Origin: Octopus sinensis
Taxonomy: Eukaryota
Direction of reading: 5' to 3'
DNA length: 32,307 bases
NCBI RefSeq assembly: GCF_006345805.1
Contig: NW_021829590.1
Coordinates: forward strand, 1-32,307
Shown: piece after piece, positions 18,845 through 30,671 of the stretch
Position numbering within the stretch: the first letter of the stretch is position 1
How the letters are laid out: every line of letters starts with the position of its first letter
Translations under genes and position numbers: made by a program
Notes under the pieces: generated by a model
The model's database searches: none
Told to the model about the DNA's origin: nothing
The model's input: only the letters and a program-made list of their open reading frames with translations

Positions 18845-19209
18845 GAGCACAGGCATGACTGTGTGGTTAAGAAGCTCACTTTGCAACCATGTGATTTCAG
18901 GTTTAGTCCCACTGCATGGCACCTTGGGTGAGTGTCGTCCATTATAGTGCTGGGCTGACCAATGCTTTGCGAGTGAGTTTGGTAGATGGAAACTGTACAG
19001 AAGCCCACTATATACATATATAAATGTGTGTGTGTGTGCATCTCTCCTACTGTTGCTTGACAGCCTGTGTTGGTTTGCTGATGTATCTGTAACTTAGACA
19101 ATCAGCAAAAGAGACTGATAGAATAAGTGTCACACTTTAAAATATAAGTACAGGGTAAATTTGCTTGACTAAATTCTTCCAATGACTGAATCAAGTAAAT
19201 CATAAAAGA
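18845..19209 (+). mobile_element. tRNA-derived SINE, abundant family with an internal (AT/GT) microsatellite
   Basis: tRNA-like head tgtgtggttaag...ggtttagtccc, a central domain, and tail ...aagtaaatcataaaagat. Degenerate or partial minus-strand copies at 1545-1845, 16310-16412 and 22825-22985. Confidence 0.75.
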
Positions 19210-19301
19210 TGAAGACTAGCAAGTCCATTTCAAGACTTTTAAATTAGTGAGAAATACACAGAACACTAATAGTTTAATGATCATTATTAAAGCTAAGAAT
19301 A

Positions 19302-19523
19302 AGGTGGTGTGCTGGCAGAATTGTTAGTACACTGGGCGAAGTGCTTAGCTGTATTTCGTCTGCCACAACATTCTGGGTTCAAATTCTGCTGAGGTCAACT
19401 TTGCCTTTCATCCTTTCAGAGTCAATAAAATAAGTATCAGTGGAGTACTGGGGTCGATGTGATTGACTCATTCTTCTCTCCACAAAATCCAGGCTTTGTG
19501 CCTATAGTAGAAAGGATTATTAT
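19302..19523 (+). mobile_element. tRNA-derived SINE, second family
   Basis: A-box-like tggcagaattg, B-box-like gggttcaaatt (19376-19386), and an (att)n tail. Confidence 0.75.
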
Positions 19524-20676
19524 AGCCAACAGTATTAAATTTGAAGTTATCAAGCAGTAAGATCTCAAATGTAAATATTGTTCAATATAATATTATGAGT
19601 AGCAGCTCTAATTTAGCTTCCTTTATAATAATTAACAGCAACTATTTAAAATGAAATATACTATAGATTGCACCAATCACTGAAAACCCTTAATCCACTA
19701 TATCAAATGCTTTAGATAAGTTCAGTTAGAAAAAAACATATAGAGAATCATGGAGGGGTTAGTCAATATCATCATATAATCTGCTGAAAATTTTCTCATA
19801 TCTATATCCACTCTTGGAAATTTCAAGTTATTGAATGAAAGGTGACCACTGAAACAATGTAGCACAACTTTCTCATTTAGTGTCATCATGATCCATTGTT
19901 TCTAACAAAAGTAATTATTCTTGGAAGACTGAAATTTGGAAAAGTTTCCATATATTATTTTTGATCTTTTCAGTTATTGGTAAGGCCATTCTAGAAACAA
20001 ATTTTTTCGAAGAATTAAAAAAAAATTTAATTTGAATAGTGAATAGTGAAATATATCTTCTCAAAATGCATGTTAGCATGCAAGGATTAGCTACTCAAGA
20101 TAAAAAAAAGAAATTTTATCAAGGCTTTTTTTCCCCTCCGAGACACATGATTAAATTTTTCTCTTTGTCCTGTTTATTGCACCTCAACAAACTTGCAATA
20201 TATGGACTTGTATTAGCTGAGTCTAACATCTTTTATAAATGGACATCCTATTTCATTCTTAAATCATGTCAAAATTCCCAAATTATTGATATTAATACAA
20301 CTATAAAAATAATACCAGCCAAATAATAAAATTTGATTATCATAAAACAACAACAACAATACACTCTCCAAACAAGTTCCAAGCGATTTCATACAGAAAT
20401 GTGTAAATATGTATGTGTCCATATAAGCGTACATGCCTCATAATATAAAATAAAAAAATATATTCACTCTGACTGCTTCACTTCCAAGAGCCTAAGCTAA
20501 CAGAACTGCATCCATTCTTATCAACATTTCTAACTAACTATTAACCCATACCTGTTCAAATGAGCAACAGTTTTGTCCAGTCACATCTATTTCTCAGTAT
20601 ATGAGGATTTAACAGTAAAAAACACAATCAATAAATTATGAATTTAATTTCTATTTTTATTATTTTTTTTACATAC

Positions 20677-20875
20677 CAGGAGGCTTTTTATGCCATGGAT
20701 TAGGAGGAATGTTAGGTGAACAGGCAGCATTTACTTCAGGTTTGCTAGATTCATTGATTTGGTTAAATCTTTTGCCTCGGCTCCCTCCATTTTCTTGTAT
20801 ATTTGCAGGTGGATTACTTGAAGCTCGCCCTCTCCCTCGACCATGTCCTTTCAAGAAAGCTGGCTTTTTATCCAT
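20677..20875 (-). CDS. NFXL1: NFXL1 first coding exon (MDKKPAFLKGHGRGRGRASS...KKPP); the exon itself starts at 20885
   Basis: Acceptor tttctttctttAG at 20887-20886. In-frame TAA (20884-20882) just upstream of the ATG at 20875. Donor G|GTATGT at 20676, phase 1. The RGRGR motif resembles the N-terminus of vertebrate NFXL1. Confidence 0.85.
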
Positions 20876-20993
20876 AATGGATTATCTAAAGAAAGAAATT
20901 AGGATCATTAAAGTCAAAGTAGATTATTTATACTCTTTAAACAAGATAATCAAAGGAACTTATTGAAATATTATCAACTAAAGGAAAGCTTAC

Positions 20994-21097
20994 CTGATTT
21001 AACGTAATCCAAAAATATTTCTAGTAAAAAAGGGACTTCCTTTTCTCCATATAAACTTTTATATTCTCTTTGGATATTTTCTACTTCAGAAATTATA
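20994..21097 (-). other. Spliced exon upstream of the NFXL1 start. It is 5'UTR for NFXL1 but carries a stop-free frame (see findings) and a 9-codon uORF at 21050-21021.
   Basis: Strong acceptor tttatttctaattttgtttttAG (21099-21098) and donor CAG|GTAAGC (20993). A 108-nt intron separates it from the first coding exon. Confidence 0.75.
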
Positions 21098-21173
21098 CTA
21101 AAAACAAAATTAGAAATAAATAAAAATAAACATGTAAATATGAAATATAGCTATATGTAGCACCAATTAAATT

Positions 21174-22364
21174 GTCAAGTTGTCAAGTATGAAATTTGTA
21201 GTAAGGTATATGGTAAACTTCGACAGCTGCTCATTTTGTGTCATTATTATATTTTGAAAATCTTTATAAAGCTTATATAAATCGTTTTTTCTATTTTTGT
21301 TTAGAGATGGATAAGTCAGAAATTCATCGTTTTGAATAGGAGTTCTTTCTTGGAAATACAACATCACAGGTAGCTCAGAATATTAATAGAGTATTTCATT
21401 CTAATGTTATTACACAGCAGAGAGTATCAAATTGGTTCGCAAACTTTCATTCTGGTAACTTTGACCTCACAAATGAGCAACGTGGTTGACCAGAAACAAA
21501 GGTAGATAATGACGAACTGAAAGCCACTGTTGAGTCAGATCCATTTCAATGTGCCTGTGAATTATTGTTGTTGTTTGGTGTTGACAAACAAACAATATTG
21601 ACTCACCTAGTTCAAATCAGTAAAGTGAAAAAGTTGGATAAGTAGGTTCCACATGAACTCAATGAAAATCAGAAACAGCAACATTTGGAAGCTTGCATTA
21701 TGCTACTTTCTCATCACAAAAATGAATAATTTTTGAATCAAATTGTAACATGTGATGAGAAATGGATCCAATACAACAACCATAAATGTTCAGCACAATG
21801 GTTGGACAAAGATGAGCCACAACAACAGTCCAGAAAGCAAAATTCACCAAAAGAAGCTGATGGTACATGTTTGGTGGTCTGGTGCAGGTGTGATCCATTA
21901 TGATTTCATTAAACCTGGCACATCAATCACAGCCAAAGTACACTGCAGCCAACTGGACCAAATGATGTAGAAACTTACAAAGAAACAGCCTAGATTAAGC
22001 AACAGATTCACCCCTATTTTACAACACCAGACCACACATTGTGAAAATGACATTAGCGAAACTACAGGAGTTGGAGTTGGAAGTTCTCTATCATCCATCA
22101 TACTCACCTGATCTTGCCTCCACTGACTACTACTTCTTCCAGGATTTGGATAACTTTTTGATAGGAAAAAAATTTAATTCTAAGATTTTATTGCCTCTAG
22201 ATTGCCAGGCTTTTACAGTTCTGGGCTGGACAAGCTACCGCTGAAATGGCAAAAGTGTATTGACAATATGGGTGCATACTTTGATGACTAAAACTATTCC
22301 TTGTATTTATAAAACATTAGTAAACTTTTTTTCTTTTCTACAAATTTCATACTTGATGACCTAA
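21174..22364 (+). mobile_element. Decayed mariner transposon (cecropia/Hsmar1-like); transposase remnant at 21307-22291
   Basis: Motifs (W)VPHEL, IVTCDEKW, KKLMVHVWWS, HPSYSPDLASTDYYFFQDLDNFL and WQKCID..GAYFD. The right TIR acaaatttcatacttgatgacctaa followed by TA matches the left gtcaagtatgaaatttgt. Many stops and frameshifts; the left end is approximate. Confidence 0.9.
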
Positions 22365-23321
22365 TAATAATCTCCACTGAAGTTGCTTGAAGAAAATAAA
22401 TTTAAAACTAGAATTTTCAAATGGTGTTAGATATTTTTAAAGACAATTTTGAAATCAATATAGGTTCTTTTTTTACTAAGTGCAATGGCAAAATTAGTAG
22501 AAGAGAAAAACATAGATGTGTGAACGAAACCCAGTACTTTGTCACTACTTTTTTAGACCTAGGATGATGATGTGATGAAGTAAAGTAAAATTATCATCAT
22601 CGTTTTTACATCCAGTTTTCTATGCTGGCATGAGTTAGAAGAAAGTTATTGAGACAAATTTTCAACAGCTGATACTCTTTCTGTCACCAACCTCCATTTA
22701 TTTTTGAGTATTTTTCATCCCATTGCTCCCCACTTCTGTGGAGCTACAAGACATTTGTTTACTAAAGAATCTAAACAATGTCACTTATTTTATTGTTCAG
22801 AGGTTGTGTGTAACAACACACACAACAGCTTTCTGTACAGTTTCTGCCTACTAGTTTCACCCACAAAGCATATATCAGTGTAAGGTAATACCTGAAGACA
22901 TGCCCAAGATGTCACAAAGAGGGACTAAGCTCAAAACCATGTTGCTGCAAAATGAATTTCATAACCACTCAACTATGTCTGCATCAATATATCAAAGTGA
23001 ATATTCTATGATATGATCTATCTCATTACAAGTCTCCCAAGAATTATCGATGTCTCATCTCGACTATCAAGCTTGCAAGATTTAAATACAAAATTGAAAA
23101 AATAAATAAATATGATTCATTGAAATGTGTTATCTCAGTACCCCAGCACTTATTAAGGATGTGTTCAAAGAATAATATAAATTTAAAAAAAACTGTAATT
23201 CAAAGATTAAAAGGTTTGAAGCATGGTGTTTCATTGATAAATATCTATGTAGATTTATCTTTGCATTCTTTTATAATTCAGATTAAATGTTAATCTTTCA
23301 ATGATTAATAAATCTAAAAGA

Positions 23322-25712
23322 CCAAAGACTGGAGGTGTTTCGTGTTGCAAGACAGTGTGTGAGAGAGAATTGTGATGTGGTAGGAGAGAAATGTGTTCGC
23401 ATGGAAGATGGTTCACTTGCGCTAAATGAGGATGCAAAGAGAGAGGTTTGAGACGCCACTATGAAAGGTTGCTGAATAAAGAAAATGAATGGGATAAAGA
23501 GAGTCTGCTGAATGTCGACCCAACAGAGGGACCAGCTATCCGAGTTGACAGTTCCTTGGTAGTTAAGGCGATTAGAAGCATGAAGACAGAGAAAGCACCA
23601 GGCCCATCAGAATCACTGCAGAGATGCTCAAAATATCTGGTAGTGTCGCCTATAGCCTAGTCCCGGTATAGTTAATCAGGTGATACACGAAGGAGTCATA
23701 CCCAATGACTGGTGTAGCAGCATAATAGTCAACTGCTACAAAGGTAAAGGTGATGCCCTAGATACAATAATTACAGAGGTATCAAGCTGTTGGATCAGGT
23801 AATGAAGGTTACGGAGAGGGTCATAGCCCAACTAATTAGAGAGAGAGTTAGTTTAGATGAGATGCAGTTTGGGTTTGTGCCAGGGAAAAGTACCACTGAT
23901 GCTATATTCCTGGTAAGGCAGCTGCAGAAGAAATACCTAGCCAAAGATAAGCCCCTGTACCTGGCTTTTGTTGACATGGAGAAAGCCTTTGACAGGGCCC
24001 CCTGATCCCTTATCTGGTGGTCAATGGGGAAACTAGGGATAGATGAATGGTTAGTGAGAGCTGTGCGAGCCATGTACAGGGCCGCTGCTAGTAAGGTGAG
24101 GGTTGGCAACGAGTAGAGTGAAGAATTCCGGGTAGAGGTAGGGGTCCACCAAGGCTCAGTCCTCAGCCCCCTCCTATTTATCATAGTCCTCCAGGCAATA
24201 ACAGAGGAATTCAAGACAGGATGCCCCTGGGAGCTCCTCTATGCTGATGACCTTGCTCTAATTGCTGAGTCACTATCAGAACTGGAGGAGAAGTTTCAGG
24301 TGTGGAAGCAAGGATTAGAATCGAAGGGCCTTAGAGTCAATCTAGCTAAAACCAAAGTCCTAATAAGTAGGATGGTAGACAAATCACAAACGCCTTCAGG
24401 TAGATGGCCCTGCTCGATCTGTAGTAGAGGTGTAGGTAGAAACTCTATAAGATGCACCAAGTGTAAGCTATGGACACATAAGAGGTGCAGCAATGTCAAA
24501 GGTAGGCTAACTAGAAAGATAGTTTTCGTATGTGGCAGATGCTCAGGAGCAATAAACACTGAAAATGCTCTGAGACCAACTTCTGCCACATTCCAGGGAG
24601 AAAAACTAGAAATGGTTGATAGCTTCCATTACCTAGGTGACCAAGTCAGTAGCAGGGGTGGGTGTGCTAAAAGTGTAACTGCTAGAGTAAGAATAGCTTG
24701 GGCAAAGTTCAGAGAGCTCTTACCTCTGCTGGTGACAAAAGGCCTCTAGCTCAGAGTAAAAGGCAGACTGTATGACGCGTGTGTACGAACAGCCATGCTA
24801 CATGGCAGTGAAACATGGGCCGTGACTGCTGAGGATATGCGTAAGCTCGCGAGAAATGAAGCCAGTATGCTCCGATGGATGTGCAATGTCAGTGTTCATA
24901 CTCGACAGAGCGTAAGTACCTTGAGAGGAAAGTTGGACCTAAGAAGCATCAGTTGTGGTGTGCAAGAGAGATGTTTGCGCTGGTATGGTCATGTGGCGAG
25001 AATGGATGAAGATAGTTGTGTGAAAAAGTACCACACCCTAGAAGTTGAGGGAACCTGTGGAAGAGGTAGACCCAGGAAAACCTGGGACGAGGTGGTGAAG
25101 CACGACCTTCGAACTTTAGGTCTCACTGAGGAAATGACTAGAGACCAAGACCTTTGGAAGTATGCTGTGCGTGAGAAGACCCGGCAGGACAAGTGAGACC
25201 ATAACCCGTGGCCTCTACACGGGATGTAGCCAGTCCACTTATGCATACCGTTCCTCCTTGGGATACAAAACTCTACTTGTGAAAACCTGTTGAGGCAAGT
25301 GAGAATTGAAATCGATCAACATCAATGGAAATTGCAGCTGTGATACTAGTGCCAGTGGCACGTAAGAGAACCATCCGAACGTGGCCGTTGCCAGCGCCGC
25401 CCCGACTGGCCTCGTGCTGGTGGCACGTAAAAAGCACCATCTGTCTGTGGCCGTTGCCAGCCTCACCTGGCCCCCATGCCGGTGGCACGTAAAAAGCACC
25501 ATCCGATCGTGGCCGTTTGCCAGACTCGTCTGGCATGTAAAAAGCACCCACTACACTCACGGAGTGGTTGGCGTTAGGAAGGGCATCCAGCCGTAGAAAC
25601 ATTGCCAGATCAGACTGGGCCTGGTGCAGCCTTCTGGCTTCCCAGACCCCAGTTGAACTGTCCAACCCATGCTAGCATGGAAAGCGGACACTAAACGATG
25701 ATGATGATGATG
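23322..25712 (+). mobile_element. 5'-truncated RTE-clade LINE (copy B): RT ORF remnant, about 510-bp 3'UTR and (GAT)n tail
   Basis: Motifs QFGFVPGKSTTDAIF, AFVDMEKAFDR, GVHQGSVLSPLLF, LYADDL and C-terminal GRGRPRKTW. In-frame stops at 24003, 24114 and 24747. Possible short TSD aaaaga (23316-23321 and 25713-25718). Confidence 0.93.
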
Positions 25713-25899
25713 AAAAGAGCTATCTTCCACACACATGTATAATGGTTTTCAGCAAGACAATTGAATTCCATACACTAACTTCATCATCCTTCTAGAATTA
25801 GAAGCAACAACAGGTTATCAAAATTATTATTATTATTAAGAATTAACTCCATGGAAAGAACAAGAGAATATACAAATTCTGAATACAAACTGAAGTTAG

Positions 25900-26280
25900 A
25901 AACGTAGTGGCGATTCAAAACTAAATCACTAGGTCACCAGTCAGATATCACAAGCAAGCTACTTAGTATCATATGATCAATTTTTTACCCATCTGCATCA
26001 AGCCACCACGAGATTCAATCATCCAGAATCTTCTGCTTTTGGTGCCTAAATTCTTTGCAGAGTGTTGAAACCGGCTGACTCTTTCATGTCTCAATCTCTT
26101 GCAAGGCAGAATGTTGTGGCAGCTGTGCAATATGCCTCCATTTTGCCACATCAATTGGTTTCAGATATTTGTGCAGACATGTCCAGGTTCTTGGACAGAT
26201 TGAACTAAACATTCACACAATGTCACACAAAGTAACTTCATTGATCACTGCACAGTTTTTCCTTCTCTCCCAGTATGTAA
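25900..26280 (-). mobile_element. Old LINE AP-endonuclease remnant
   Basis: One frame reads ...RHQKQKILDD*ISWWLDADG*KIDHMIL...SDW*P, resembling the APE motifs xTWxxxDGxxxIDHIL...SDHxP. Several TGA stops sit where CGA is plausible. Confidence 0.4.
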
Positions 26281-29149
26281 TTACTGCTGTTACTATTTGT
26301 AAAATACCAACACATTATGAAATAATAAAATCTGTTAAATGTCAGGGTCACCAGCCAACAGCAGAACAACTACACTACAAGCCACAACAAAACAAAGCTA
26401 CTACAGTGATCAGATCTACCTTGTATAACCCTAATGCAATTACCAACAAAGCCACTGGATAACAAAAATAATAGTTATAGCTGAACAACTACATTGAACT
26501 TCACACAGCCAAATTCTGCAGAATAGGTTGTGTATTCTCTCAGACCTGAAAGAAACAGTGTATACCTGTTATGTACAGCCTATAAGTCTTTTAGAAATGT
26601 TTCTGTCAGTTATCTTTTTATTCTGAATTCAGGGACTATTCAAACAAAAGTAGTCCTAAATTTGAGATAAATAAGTTCATGATCTTCCTTGTTCTTTGGG
26701 TTATTTTTTTCATCTGTGTCATTTGAAACAAGCCATTTCGATTTTGTCTTCTTAAGACAGTGTTTAATAATAAGGTCTCTCTCCTCTTAGCCTGGAGAGT
26801 TTTAAACACTGGTGCTTAACCCCAGCTTTTCTTATTAAAGCCAATGAGATAAATCATCAACGGGAGAAGATATTTTAGATAAAATGGGCACCTGTTTCTA
26901 ACAACAATCTAAGTTGAAAATAAACTGTTTGTCCTTGGTCAAGAAACACGATGAAAAAGGGCAACAGTTAAGTATTCACGACCTTGTTGCTTCCCTTGTC
27001 AGTTGATTGATATATAAAACAGTGCAAAATGACACTCTATAACAAGACCATAGAATATCTAGTTAGAGAGATTCTACACTAGACATGGGGCACTTTTCCG
27101 TGAAGCGGGTCACGAGATATGGTTCATCATTAGGCGGACCGCATTACTAAAAAAATTCAAGGTAATTTTTAGTCGTGCTACTCAGAAGTCCAGCGAACAG
27201 CAGGCTGCCCGTGACTGATCTACACAATTCACTCAATCTGTCAAAAATTACAGCCAAATCTCCATATCATTTTAGATTAAAAAAAAAAAAAAAGCGCATA
27301 ATGTCATTCTGAGTGAACAATGTTTTCTGATACAAACGTGATTTTCTTGTTTGAAAAGTACATTTCTTTGATGACAAGTCTGCTCAATCAGGGTTGACTT
27401 GCGGCTAAACAACAACCACCATTGAGAAATTCGTTTACATGACACATAGCAGCAGACACTGTTTCAAGTCCACAGGGCAAATGAAAGGAGGTTAAGAGGT
27501 TATGACGAAGAAAAAGTAACCAGGCCCTAGACTTTGAAAAAAAAAACCCCCAAAAAACAAAGAAATGTTTAGGTGTGAGAGAATGAAGAAAAGCCATATT
27601 GCTACGACAGGGGATAAATAATGAAGAGACTAAAGGATGGATGTTGTACAGCTGGGTATAAAAAATTGAACTAATTGAACAAATATTCTTACGTCGACAC
27701 CACAGGGATTACGGTCATGCTGGAGCACTGCCATCTGGTTATTTGTTCGGACGATAGGTTATAGTTTATTTTCTACGACTTAAAAGTACGTCACATGTTC
27801 TAGTTTCAACGTCAGATTAGAGTGAACCTGTAAATGTGTGCGCGCGCGTGTGTTTGAGAGGATTTCTTTTTTTAAGTACGTGTAAACGAAATGAAATTTT
27901 ATTACAATTTAAGAAACTATACAGTATTTTGCATTTAAATAAAACATCAGAAAAACGTTTGAAAACATGATTAGAACTTAACCATATTGTTTAAAAAACA
28001 GGTGGGGGTGAGTTTCCAAATTACGATAAAATGTAATCGACAATATTGAAATTAACTAGATTAGTGTAGATTATAAATGAATATCACAACTTTTAAAAAA
28101 TATATAACACTAAAGAAATACAAACAGACCCATGTCCGTCAGGTAGAGAACATCTATTACAACCTCAAGTGCAAGAGATGTTCACAGAGTGGAAGAAATT
28201 ATTTTACCGTTAAGAAGTGGACAAGTCCAACGTATCGGGAGAATCCTTCGCGAAAGAGAAAGAGAGAAATGAAAAGTTTACTGAAATAGCAAGCTAGAGA
28301 GAGAGATAGAGTGATTGGGGATGAAGGAAAAACAGTAAAGATTCAGTTGATAAAAATAAACACACTTTTAGATCAATATATTCATTCACACACTTTCATG
28401 TGTGAATTACACGCTCAGCAAAATCTCAGCATATTGTCGATAAGGTTGTAAAAGTTTAGCCCAAGGTAAGCCCTCATCGAGTAATGATTTTTAACTGTTT
28501 CAGTTACAAACACTACTGTGTGCATGACAAGGGGCGTTTTCATTAGACAGTAGGATGTGAGGTTGTAATTTGAGGGATATTAGGTTGCATTTTTAGCAGT
28601 TCGAGAAACACGTAGACTCTCTCTCTCTCTCGTTGGCTTATATCGGCCATGCGGTGTTTAGTTCTTGGTCAGCCCTGAACTAACAGAATAACAATCATTG
28701 ACGTTCTAGCTTGTGTCCACCGTCTTCTTTATTGAGCCGTAATGTATCCAGAACGATATTATTGAATATATTCTTACTTTTTAAGCTATTAGGATGTGGT
28801 TTGAGGGAAATCTGGAATCTATGGCGTTTTCCTTGGCTCGTATTGTCTTGCTGTTGTTTAACTCCAGTTCAACTTTATCGAGCAAACTTATGATCAAAGA
28901 CAGTCAAATCGTGACAATCCCGCCTTTTGTAGAAGAGTGTATCCATTATCCAGGGAATCTTTTCCCCCTTTTTTAGGGTACGACCCGAAGGAAATTTGGT
29001 TGTTAGTTCAAGTAGCTCAAGCGACTTAGCAGAGGTTCACTTCATGTCTTGTAACATCCATCGGGGTTGTTGTCAACTGACAGGCGATGCCAACTTAACA
29101 ACAGGGGTGACAGAAAAGTACCTAAGGAAAGCGATTATTCTCCATATAC

Positions 29150-29760
29150 AGGGTAAGGTCTAATATACATTAAATAGCGGCTTAGAAAACTTTGATCAAC
29201 TGAAATTATCTACATATCTAATCGATAAAACTTTTTAAAAATCCTTCTTCTGGAGGTGTTGCAAATTTATCCCAAACAAGTATGGGAGGTAACTCCAATA
29301 ATATCAGCTAACCGAAATATTGAGGAAATAAACAACAGAAGTAAAAGTGGATCTTGTCTGTGAAAGGAACTAGTAAAAGCCAAGAACATGTTTCGGTATT
29401 ATCAAACACCCATCAGCGAAGCATATTTTACTCAGTTGTTTCCATCATTCTGTTTAACATCACCACCTTCCACGGCGTCCACTCTTATTTTAAAGTATTC
29501 GGGTTAGGTCACTTCCCTCCTTTCCGCACCCTATTCTTGGTGTCCTTTAATGGTCCATGGGCACTGCTTTCCAACTTGACTAATGAAAATAAAATATAAA
29601 AAGACCTAGAAATTACCCTAAGACTTGCCAATTGAGTATAAGATATCTCGTGGAAAAGGTCTAATAAATAACATGAAATATGGGTGACCGATAATAAAGT
29701 CACAACTTTATTCGAAGTGTCCACTGCTTTCACTATCTGCATTGCCTTTCTTAGAGATAA
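29150..29760 (-). mobile_element. Possible very old CR1/L2-type RT remnant
   Basis: Weak motif resemblance only: DLFHEISYTQLASLRVISRSFYILFSLV and YLMYIRPYPVYG. Confidence 0.3.
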
Positions 29761-29918
29761 TGAAGCTGATATTACTGTAATTATTGTTCATAGTTCATTG
29801 TTATTTTACTTAGAGTTTTAGACGTTCAAAAGATTTCTCAACTTATTGCCTTGAATAATCTCAATTAATCGAAGCTTTCCAACCAGTTTTGTGTGTGTGT
29901 GTGTTGCATATCTAAGAC

Positions 29919-30080
29919 CAGTGCCGCCTTAAGCCATGGAGACAATGGCCAGTTGACTGGAAGCCATCACTTGTCTAGGAGCTCAATTCTGATTTGTGTT
30001 GTGGCCTGCTGTCAATAATTCAGTTCTACAGGGTCCAGTGGTATGATTTGCCCGGGTCCCATAATGGTGTTCTGTCACCC
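29919..30080. mobile_element. Degenerate hAT-like MITE
   Basis: The left end cagtgccgccttaag and an internal gcccgggtccc resemble CAGGGCCG-type hAT MITEs. The right TIR is decayed. Confidence 0.3.
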
Positions 30081-30616
30081 GAACGAACACGACCTTTCAA
30101 ATAATACCATTTGGTCTATTCAGTACATTTATGTTCACACTGAAGAATGATAATATATTTTTGCAAATTCAAAAGTGAAGCGTATTTGGATTTATAAATT
30201 CATTGAAACGTTTGGAAGGAATATTACATAAAGTTGGTCCATATGGACGTTTTAAATCTTCTTTGAGGCATTAGATTAAATATTCATGTTTCTGGCCATA
30301 TATATTGCTGTATTATTATTATTTAAAAGGGAAGAAAATAGTACAAGACTTGTCGGAAAAAAAAATCACATCTCGATGGAAACCTGTTAAAAATTATGAT
30401 ATAATTACGTTCATGTGCCTACACACACACATATATGTTCGGTTATATTTGTCTATTGCATAATGGTCGGTAGACTCCTTGTAATCAGAATAAAATACAT
30501 ACATCATACATTTATTTGCCCAAGAGAATGTATATTAACATAAATAAAATAAAAAATCCTGGAAAGAGAAAGTAAATGGAAACATGTATGTTGGTAACGA
30601 ATTTCTGACGTGTCGC

Positions 30617-30668
<52 letters not shown>

Positions 30669-30671
30669 TAT

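Noticed and set aside
18845-19523. tRNA genes
   Set aside because: The A/B boxes belong to SINE heads; there is no complete cloverleaf.
25969-26154. WMIESRGG as a Bcl-2 BH2-like motif
   Set aside because: Another frame of the same DNA fits a LINE endonuclease remnant better, and there are no other BH motifs.
28208-28245. 38-nt candidate minus-strand exon with a good polypyrimidine tract
   Set aside because: Weak donor. The only frame ending in phase 2, as needed to join exon 21097, contains a stop. The pyrimidine tract is a GA microsatellite.
28077-28289. 70-aa plus-strand ORF with CKRC
   Set aside because: Short and AT-rich, with no recognisable domain or supporting splice structure.
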